DNA from: Thecamonas trahens ATCC 50062
Taxonomy: Eukaryota; Protista; Apusomonadida
Direction: 5' to 3'
DNA: 64,000 bases
NCBI RefSeq assembly: GCF_000142905.1
Contig: NW_013657673.1
Location: 62,001 to 126,000 of the forward strand
The translations under genes were made by a program, and so were the position numbers. The notes beneath the pieces are model-generated. The model saw only the letters and a program-made list of their open reading frames with translations. It had not been told where the DNA came from and made no database searches. Positions 56,533 to 64,000 of the stretch are shown one piece after another (position 1 is the first letter of the stretch; the number at the start of each line of letters is the position of its first letter).

Positions 56533-56954
56533 GGCCTCTGTCACCGGCTTGCGCAGCCTGTCGGCGTTGCGACTCCGCAGGCGAGCGGCAATGCGCGACT
56601 GCAGCTGGGCTTGCTGGTGGTGCAGGTGGGCCAGAAGAGGGGAGTCACGACCTCCAGGCAGCTCTACCTCTCCACGCCCCCTACCACCACTCTCTCCTGC
56701 TGACTCCTGTATGGCTGTGCTGGCAGCGAGAGACCCTCGCCTGTCCCGTCGGTGGCTTTGTCGTCGCGTCGAGTGTCGAGTCTCCGTCTGTCCGCCGAAT
56801 CGGTAGAAATGGCGCGAAGGCCGGCGCCCAAACCACGGCTCTGATGCCGAGACGATACGACCGAGAAGATGTGTATGATAGATGATGGGAGGCTACTACG
56901 GTTATCGCTGCTCTACGATGGCGGCACTACGATGACGGGGTTGCACTGCGGTTA

Positions 56955-58895
56955 CTACGATGAGAGGCTGGAAGAGATGGCTACCTCGAGTGCGTCGATG
57001 AATGACAGGATGCGGGCGGCGTCGGCGTCGGAGACATCCCACTTGTCCCGTCCGCTCGCCTCAAACCACTCGCGAGGACTGGTTGTGGTCTCGCCACTTT
57101 GCTCTTGGGCAATGGCCGCCCAGTCAGCAACCATCTCGGCGAGATCAAGGTCGCTCATGCCTGCGAAACCTGCCGCGCCGTGGAACTCGACATGGTGGCG
57201 GTTGCAGGCCTTGTGATGGGTGATGGCGGCGGCAACAGCAGCGGCAACACCAGCAGGATACTCGAGCGGCTCATCGCGTGCCGCTGCTGCGTACCACGCC
57301 GTGAGCCAGACGTACGGAGTCCGCTCCGGCTCGTCCCACTTGGAGGCATCGTGCACATCAGCGCGGAGTCTGAGGTCTTCCGCCAGATCTGGGAGAGTTT
57401 GGGAGATGAGATCGAGGTTGCGAGCCACAGCAGCAATGTGGGCAACCGTCCGCTCCTCAAACGCCGCCTCCATCACCGGCGTAGGCGGAGCGCACTCTGG
57501 CACCTGGCACGGAACGCAAAGCGCGGCCACTTCTTCGTGGCCAGCCGCAGCCGCAGCTTGCCGTGGAGTGAGGCCATCACAGTCGAGCGCATCAAAGTCA
57601 ACACCCGGAACCCCAGCCAGCAGCCGCGCCGCGTCGGCCTGGCCGTACCGGGCTGCCTTGTGCAATGGCGTGTCGCCGTGGATGGTGACCGCATTGAGCG
57701 GGACGACGCCGGCAAGGTCGCCAGTGGTCAACATCTCGAGCACATCCATGACACCCGAAGCCGCAGCCATGTGCAGGATGGTCCAGCCCTCGGCATCGGT
57801 AGCCGCCGGCTCGGCCCCTTCCTGCTCGAGGAGCCACCGCAGCGTCGCTGTCTGCGTCCCGCGGACCGCAAAGTGGATCGGGAGCATGCCGTCCTCGTTG
57901 CCGATATGGAGCGCGCCAGGCGTGACCGCTATCAGCGCGTCAATCGCTGCCCCGGCCTCGGCTGCCATGTGCACCGCGTTGGTCTCGCGTGGGCCGGGAA
58001 TGAGCACATCGACCCCGTCCACCTCAGCCAGGACACGGACGCTGGCCGCGTTCCCAAGGCCAGCCGCGAGAAACATCGCTGTCCGCTGGCTGTTGTCGAC
58101 GACGTTGATCGTTGCCGGCGTCGCGAGCAGTGACACAACCTCAACGAGGTTGTTCGCGGCAGCAAGGTGCAGAGCGGTGATTCCTTTTGCATTGCTTGCT
58201 GCGGCATCGGCACCGGCGGCCAACAGCGCCGGCACCAGCCCGACATGTCCGCGCTCGACCGCCTCAAGGAGCGGCGTCTTGCCGCTCGCCCCGGGCAAGT
58301 TGACTGCTTCGGCCGCTGCGTCCAACAGGACTGATACAGTACGGGGCTCGCCGCGGATGCATGCGTACATCAGCGGAGTGCAGCCCGATGAGTCACACAC
58401 GGTGGCGGTGGCGGCGACGATGCCTTCGCTTGCGAGGACGCCGAGGGCCTCGACCGCGCCCTGGGCAGCGGCAGCATGTACCGCCGTCCACCCGGCGTCA
58501 TCAGCGGCCTCAGGCTCGGCGCGGTCGGTAGCTAGCAGGGCGACTACTGCACCATCCCTGTTGCGTGCCGCCGCGGCCATCAGCGGTGTCATGCCCTCAC
58601 GACCGCGGACAGCGGGATCGACGCGGGCGTCGGCGAGCAGCGGCCCGTACAGCGCCGGATCGCCGACATCCACCGCCAGCATGAGCGCAGTAAATCCCTT
58701 GGGTGTCACCACATTTGGATCGAGCTCTTCCAGCGCCAACAAGGCGGCGACAGCACCGGCGTTGCCCGTGACCACTGCCAGGGTCAGCGGTGTCAGGCCG
58801 CCGTCCCCAGCCTCGTTGAGCCCTTCGACGCCACCCGCCACCATCGCCGCAAGAGCTTCGCCGTCGTTAGCCCGAATGGCCTCAAGCAGTGCCAT
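56955..58895 (-). CDS. Ankyrin-repeat protein with C-terminal DUF5662-like HD-superfamily domain
   Basis: About 13 ANK repeats (G.TPL..A...G); C-terminal T..H...V, HDASK...E, AI.HH...NRHH.E.H, M...DLAEMVADWAA. Confidence 0.88.
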   Translation of the reverse strand: MALLEAIRANDGEALAAMVAGGVEGLNEAGDGGLTPLTLAVVTGNAGAVAALLALEELDPNVVTPKGFTALMLAVDVGDPALYGPLLADARVDPAVRGREGMTPLMAAAARNRDGAVVALLATDRAEPEAADDAGWTAVHAAAAQGAVEALGVLASEGIVAATATVCDSSGCTPLMYACIRGEPRTVSVLLDAAAEAVNLPGASGKTPLLEAVERGHVGLVPALLAAGADAAASNAKGITALHLAAANNLVEVVSLLATPATINVVDNSQRTAMFLAAGLGNAASVRVLAEVDGVDVLIPGPRETNAVHMAAEAGAAIDALIAVTPGALHIGNEDGMLPIHFAVRGTQTATLRWLLEQEGAEPAATDAEGWTILHMAAASGVMDVLEMLTTGDLAGVVPLNAVTIHGDTPLHKAARYGQADAARLLAGVPGVDFDALDCDGLTPRQAAAAAGHEEVAALCVPCQVPECAPPTPVMEAAFEERTVAHIAAVARNLDLISQTLPDLAEDLRLRADVHDASKWDEPERTPYVWLTAWYAAAARDEPLEYPAGVAAAVAAAITHHKACNRHHVEFHGAAGFAGMSDLDLAEMVADWAAIAQEQSGETTTSPREWFEASGRDKWDVSDADAARILSFIDALEVAISSSLSS

Positions 58896-59162
58896 ACCCC
58901 CTCACTAGTCACTCGTCGACCTGTATGTGAGCCAAGTGTGGGCGAGGACTCTCCCCGCTGTCCGCACTGCCAGCCATCTCTATGTCTGCCTCGCGTGACA
59001 GCGATAGCCCCCCAAAGGGCAAAGAACGATGGAAGGAGAGCATTCCTTCCATTCCTTCTCACCACCCTTCCCCATTCCCTCCCACCTCCCCAGCACACCA
59101 CTCCTCCCCTCCCCCCCCCCCCCCCTCCCCTCCCCCTCCTCCTCCTCCCCATCCACCTGATC

Positions 59163-61316
59163 ATGGCCGATGATACACACCGCCCACTCTCGTCGTCGTC
59201 GTCGTCGTCGTCGTCATCGTCGTCAGTGCTTTCGCCCTCGTCGTCGAGGCCCATGACGCCGCAGTCGAGGCCGATCTCGCCGCCGTCGAGGCCGATCTCG
59301 CCCAATGGCGATGCGCAGGACGGAATCAGGGTGCTGTGCCGGATTCGTCCGATGAACGATGACGAGCTGGCTATGGGTGCAGACGAGGCCATCGAGGTGA
59401 GCGGGAACACCGTGGCGCTGACGGTCACATCGTACACGGCCGACGAGACCGGGACGCTGCGGCGAAGCAGGGATCTTCGGCGCGATGGGCGAACGTATCC
59501 GTTCAAGTTCCACCACGTCTTCCGGCCGACCGCCACCCAGCACGATGTGTATGCGCTTGCTGGCGAGCCGCTCATTGACGACGTGCTGGAGGGCATCAAT
59601 GGCGCCATCATCGCGTACGGACAGACCGGCTCAGGCAAGACCCACACCATGTTTGGGCCCGATGGCGACGATCCGCGGGCGGCCTACGAGTCGCTTGATG
59701 AGTACCACAAGGGCATTGTGCCGCGGTTGATGGCGGATCTCTTCCGCAGAGTCGACCTCGCCAGCGACAGCTATTCCTTTGACGTCACAGCATCATACAT
59801 CGAGATCTACATGGAGGCGCTCTGCGACCTCCTCCATCCGGACACCGACGGCAAGCCGTGGGAGGGCGCGGCGAGCCGGCCGAAGCTCGAGATCCGGCAG
59901 ACATCCGAGAACGCGATCTGGATCAAGGGCGTAACCCAGGTCGAGGTTCGCTCTGCCGCCGATGTCTTTGCCCTTCTCCGAGACGGCAATCGGAACCGGC
60001 ATGTTGCGGCAACCAAGATGAATCGCACTTCGTCGCGCTCGCACGCCGTCTTTGTTCTCACCGTCCACAAATCTGAGGCTGTCTCGGGCGAGCACACCAT
60101 GGCTCAGCTTTATCTTGTCGATCTGGCCGGCTCGGAAAAGGTCTCCAAGGCCAAGACCGACGGCATGCGGCTGCAGGAGGCCAAGCGGATCAACTTTTCA
60201 CTCCACACCCTGGGCCGCGTCATCGATGCCCTCACCACCCACGCCCGCTCCAAGCGCTCGTCTCGATCCACCCGATCCTCGCGCCACATCCCGTATCGCG
60301 ACTCGCAGCTCACGCGGCTTCTCTCAAATTGCTTTGGCGGCAACGCGCGAACAAGCCTCATCGTCAACGTCTCGCCGTCGGATTGGAACTCGGTTGAGTC
60401 ACTCTCCACCCTCATGTTTGGTGCCCGGTCGTCGCTCATCAGCAACGCGCCAACCGCAAACAGATATCACACCGTCGAGGAGTTGTCTGCCCAGCTCAAG
60501 GCCGCCAAGACACTCATCGCAACGCTCACTGCCGAGAACGCGGCCCTCCACCATGCACTCGCCTCCACTTCGCTCGCCCCGCGACCCCTCACTGAAGCCA
60601 TCGAGCCCGCCCGGCACCACGCCTGCCCGCCCGTCAACTCGCCAGTCGCCAGCCCATCGTCGTCAGTTCCCAGTCATCACGTAGCGGTAGTCGTCGCCGG
60701 CTCGCGGCAGCTCTACTTTTCGCCAGAGCAGCGCCGGCGACAGGAGTTCTTTACCTTTCTCTGCCCGCTCACCAACCAGGTCATGACCGATCCGGTTGTC
60801 GCCGCCGATGGCATCTCGTACGACCGGCTCGCGCTCGGACGCTGGCTCGAGAGCCATACCACGTCGCCGGCCACCGGAAACGAGCTGCTGCACACCCACA
60901 TGCTGCCCAACTCCACGCTCGCCCGACTTATCAAACTCCGGTACCCGGGCACACTCGCCCCGGCCATCGACGCCATCAACTGGCTACCGGCCGAGCTCAT
61001 CGATGCCATCATGCGCTTTCTCGACCCGGCCTCACTCTGCGCCGCCGCCCGAGTCTCCCGCCGATGGTACCACATTTCATCGGCGCATCCAGTCTGGCGC
61101 GCACTCCTCGCGGCTGACCACGGCATCACCCGCGACGCCGAATACGTCTACCGCACCCGAGCCGGAGCCGCGGTCGCGCCGCGGTCACCGCCGCCGGCCG
61201 CCGGCATGCTCGCCAAGTGGCTGTACCACGACGCGCACGTCGACGCGCTCATCGCCGCCGGCCGGCGCGACCCGAGCACCCGCGCCCGCAACTGCGGTAT
61301 CATGCTCCGCCGCTGA
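59163..61316 (+). CDS. Kinesin motor - coiled coil - U-box - F-box fusion protein
   Basis: IRVLCRIRP, AYGQTGSGKTHTM, NRTSSRSH, LVDLAGSE, HIPYRDSQLTRLL, GGNART; U-box FLCPLTNQVMTDPVVAADGISYDR..L..WL....TSP.T...L....LPN..L; F-box LPAELIDAIMRFLDPASLCAAARVSRRW.......VW. Confidence 0.92.
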   Translation: MADDTHRPLSSSSSSSSSSSSVLSPSSSRPMTPQSRPISPPSRPISPNGDAQDGIRVLCRIRPMNDDELAMGADEAIEVSGNTVALTVTSYTADETGTLRRSRDLRRDGRTYPFKFHHVFRPTATQHDVYALAGEPLIDDVLEGINGAIIAYGQTGSGKTHTMFGPDGDDPRAAYESLDEYHKGIVPRLMADLFRRVDLASDSYSFDVTASYIEIYMEALCDLLHPDTDGKPWEGAASRPKLEIRQTSENAIWIKGVTQVEVRSAADVFALLRDGNRNRHVAATKMNRTSSRSHAVFVLTVHKSEAVSGEHTMAQLYLVDLAGSEKVSKAKTDGMRLQEAKRINFSLHTLGRVIDALTTHARSKRSSRSTRSSRHIPYRDSQLTRLLSNCFGGNARTSLIVNVSPSDWNSVESLSTLMFGARSSLISNAPTANRYHTVEELSAQLKAAKTLIATLTAENAALHHALASTSLAPRPLTEAIEPARHHACPPVNSPVASPSSSVPSHHVAVVVAGSRQLYFSPEQRRRQEFFTFLCPLTNQVMTDPVVAADGISYDRLALGRWLESHTTSPATGNELLHTHMLPNSTLARLIKLRYPGTLAPAIDAINWLPAELIDAIMRFLDPASLCAAARVSRRWYHISSAHPVWRALLAADHGITRDAEYVYRTRAGAAVAPRSPPPAAGMLAKWLYHDAHVDALIAAGRRDPSTRARNCGIMLRR

Positions 61317-61323
61317 ACTTCGC

Positions 61324-62253
61324 TCATTCACCGAGCAGCTCCACCAGCTGGCGCGCAAAGCCCGGATTCGGACGCGCAATCGGACGCGCTGCGCGCACCC
61401 GCGCAAGCGCTTTCGCGTATCCGCTCTCCATCTTGGACCGAACCAGAAACGCAATGAGGACCGACGACGAGCGCGAGATGCCCTGCGCGCAGTGGACGAG
61501 TGCTGGCTGGTCAGGCGAGGCTCGGGCCAGAAACTCGCATGCGGCGTCAAGTGCACCACCGGCATCCAGATCCTGGCCAACCTCGTCATCCAGCGGGAGG
61601 TGAAGGACTGTGATGCCCACAGCCGCAAGCGCAGCTACTGGCTTGCACTCCCGCGCAACGTTCAGAACAAACTTGATTCCGCACGCCTCGAGAATTTCCA
61701 CTCGCGACGCGACGTACTGCGACGAGAGGAAGAGACCAGGCGCAACGTGTGACGGGAAGGCCGGCATGACGGCCGCCACCGGCGACAACGCCGCCATAAA
61801 CGGATACGTCTCCAGCAGCTCAGCGGCAGCAGCGACGACTAACTTGGTCACGCTCTCGCGCAGCGCCCACTCGCGCCCGATGTACTCAGCAGCAGCGCCG
61901 GCCCATCGCACCGCCTCGTCGTCCTCGTCTGCTCCTGCCAGGGCTTCCGCCACTGCCAGAGCCTCGGCCGCCACCCCATCTAGCCGCGCCTCAAGCCCGG
62001 TCCGATCCCCGCCGCAGAGGACGACAACAAGGCCAGGCAGATCGGGCGTCGACGGTGGATACCACTCGGGATCATTCGCCCGGAGCTTGGCCGGCGGGAG
62101 CCACTCGGTGAAGACCACCCTCTCGGGCTCCTGCATCCACGCCTCGAACGAGTCCACTACCCGGGCGTCGACCACTAGCGCTCCGTTGTTGAGTGCGTTG
62201 TAGACCTCGCGCGGAGAGGTAACGGCAGGCACAGTCTCGTTTCCACTCGCCAT
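61324..62253 (-). CDS. Dual-specificity protein phosphatase with degenerate rhodanese-like N-terminus (MKP-like)
   Basis: PSHVAPGLFLS, GIKFVLNV, LPLDD, ALVHCAQGISRS, VR.ARPIARPNPGF..QL; N-terminal LVVDAR. Confidence 0.88.
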   Translation of the reverse strand: MASGNETVPAVTSPREVYNALNNGALVVDARVVDSFEAWMQEPERVVFTEWLPPAKLRANDPEWYPPSTPDLPGLVVVLCGGDRTGLEARLDGVAAEALAVAEALAGADEDDEAVRWAGAAAEYIGREWALRESVTKLVVAAAAELLETYPFMAALSPVAAVMPAFPSHVAPGLFLSSQYVASRVEILEACGIKFVLNVARECKPVAALAAVGITVLHLPLDDEVGQDLDAGGALDAACEFLARASPDQPALVHCAQGISRSSSVLIAFLVRSKMESGYAKALARVRAARPIARPNPGFARQLVELLGE

Positions 62254-62544
62254 CTCGACCGCCCAGTTGACCAAGCGGCGTGTGTCGCTCGTCGTGCCCG
62301 TCGGCCATGAGGTCAGCCAGCCAGCTGCACGTCGGCAAGTCAGAGTCGCACTAACAGTGGCGCCATCGTCCACATTGGCTGACGAGTCGCAGCAGGTCAA
62401 AACCGCGACCTCTTTTTGCGTACCACCATTGAATCGGGTCTTCCGCTGCCTGCCATCCCATGACTGGTGGACAGCACGACAACCAAGCCACCTCCCTCCA
62501 GGGCACGTACATCAGGCGAAACGTCTTTGTAGAAGTGATTTTGT

Positions 62545-64000
62545 ATGGCCATGGATATGTCGTCTGAGTCGACCATCGACTCGTATACCTATTCATTTGA
62601 AGAGTACTCGGCAGAGGTCGCGCTTGATGCCGTCAACAGTGGCACCGCGGCTTCTGGCAGAGGTGCCAGTCACGGCAGCCATCCGCATCGGCGGAAGGCC
62701 TCCCACGCGCACATCGGCTCGCAGAGCACTGTCTCACATGGCCTCAAGGTGGATGTGGCTGGAACCAAGGGCTCGCATCCCGAGCGGGCATTGGACTCGC
62801 CAGCCGAGTCGCCGTGGTGGCGGAGAGCCGGGGCCAAGTCGACCGGGGCCTTTGTGCCTGAGCCTGCGGCCAAGCCGGACATCCCGTCGCTGCCGATGGT
62901 CGAGGCCGGAGCCGGTGCGGGTGAGAACAACCTGACATGGCGCAATGTCCAATACTCGGTCGTCTCCAACGAGAACGGTGAGCAGCTGCCGATCTTGCAC
63001 GGGCTGTCCGGGACGGTGGCGGCTGGACAGACGCTGGCCATCCTCGGCCCGTCGGGCTCGGGCAAGACCTCGCTGCTCAACATCCTTGGCGGGCGCGTGA
63101 CCGAGAACGTGATCGGAGACGTGGCGCTCTCGGGCACACCGGTGACCAAGGTCTCCCGGCGCAAGGTTGGGTACGTCCTGCAGGAGGACTACCTGTTCTC
63201 GGAGCTGAGCGTGAGCGAGACACTCGAGTTTGCGGCCGCGCTTTCGCTCCCGGGCTCCCTCACCGACGCGGAGCGGAGCGCGCGGGTGGAGGCGCTGGTG
63301 GCAGACTTGCGGCTCTCGGCCTGCATCAACACCCGCATCGGCTCCCAGTTCAAGAAGGGCGTGTCTGGCGGCGAGAAGAAGCGGACCAACATTGCGGTCG
63401 AACTGCTGAACAACCCGGCCGTGCTTCTTCTCGACGAGCCGACGTCGGGCCTCGACGCGGCGACAGCGCTTCTACTCATCAAGCTGCTGCAGCGGCTGGC
63501 GGTCTCGCGCTCGCAGGCCGTCATCACCACCATCCACCAGCCGTCGTCGCAGATCTGGGCGCTCTTCGACTATGTACTTGTGCTTGACAAGGGGCACACG
63601 GCATACTTTGGCCCGGCGGCCGACATGATCGACACCTTTTCCACCATCGGCATCACCTTTCCGCACCACTATAACCCGGCCGATTTTGTGCTCGAGGTTG
63701 TCTCGCACGCCACCGACGAGGCGAGGACCAAGGTTCGTGCGCTCGGCCAGTCGTGCATTCCGCACGCCAGCATTGACATGCGGCTCGCTGCCATCGACAC
63801 TGGTAGGTCGGGCTCGTCGTCGCCGCGCAACCGCTCGAGCAGCGACCAGTACGAGGCATCGTGGCTGCGGCAGATGTGGCTCCTCGCCAAGCGGGCGTTC
63901 AAGCAGAACCGCGGCGACGTGCTCTCGCCGGTCAACTTTGGCCAGATCCTGACCCTCGCTGTTGTCTCGGCAGTCATCTGGTGGCAGATCGACGACACCG
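62545..64000 (+). CDS. ABCG (White-family) transporter, 3' end outside window
   Basis: Open frame from ATG 62545: LTWRNVQY, AILGPSGSGKTSLLN, GYVLQED, GVSGGEKKR, LLLDEPTSGLD, TTIHQPS, NPADF, start of TM domain. Confidence 0.93.
   Translation, partial: MAMDMSSESTIDSYTYSFEEYSAEVALDAVNSGTAASGRGASHGSHPHRRKASHAHIGSQSTVSHGLKVDVAGTKGSHPERALDSPAESPWWRRAGAKSTGAFVPEPAAKPDIPSLPMVEAGAGAGENNLTWRNVQYSVVSNENGEQLPILHGLSGTVAAGQTLAILGPSGSGKTSLLNILGGRVTENVIGDVALSGTPVTKVSRRKVGYVLQEDYLFSELSVSETLEFAAALSLPGSLTDAERSARVEALVADLRLSACINTRIGSQFKKGVSGGEKKRTNIAVELLNNPAVLLLDEPTSGLDAATALLLIKLLQRLAVSRSQAVITTIHQPSSQIWALFDYVLVLDKGHTAYFGPAADMIDTFSTIGITFPHHYNPADFVLEVVSHATDEARTKVRALGQSCIPHASIDMRLAAIDTGRSGSSSPRNRSSSDQYEASWLRQMWLLAKRAFKQNRGDVLSPVNFGQILTLAVVSAVIWWQIDDT

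Overview
GC-rich, very gene-dense eukaryotic DNA from a flagellated protist. Style and gene content suggest an apusomonad such as Thecamonas, but that is inference. About 33 protein-coding genes are present, with few introns. The introns sit near gene 5' ends, have mostly GTACGY donors and are filled with poly-G/C or simple repeats. One 100-N assembly gap lies in an intron. Recognisable genes: CHMP2/Vps2, sterol C24-methyltransferase, ROK fructokinase, two LRR proteins, an OTU deubiquitinase, TSG101, a PI-synthase-like enzyme, CCDC191-like, NDUFA11, a plant-type WD40 protein, SAMHD1-like dNTPase, a PH protein, Vps34, an amino-acid transporter, a TM RING-H2 ligase, CEP164, NOP58, GH20 hexosaminidase, a DUSP and an ABCG transporter. 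The most unusual items are domain architectures: (1) a kinesin motor fused to both a U-box and an F-box; (2) a ZFAND2/AIRAP zinc-finger protein fused to a PITH domain; (3) an ankyrin array fused to a DUF5662-like HD domain; (4) an LRR-only protein with a signal peptide and HDEL; (5) an FG-repeat protein with a small central helical domain. Six frameshifts all lack one base at a homopolymer and are most likely sequencing errors. No rRNA, tRNA or CRISPR array was seen. All family assignments come from motif recognition by eye, not from database searches.
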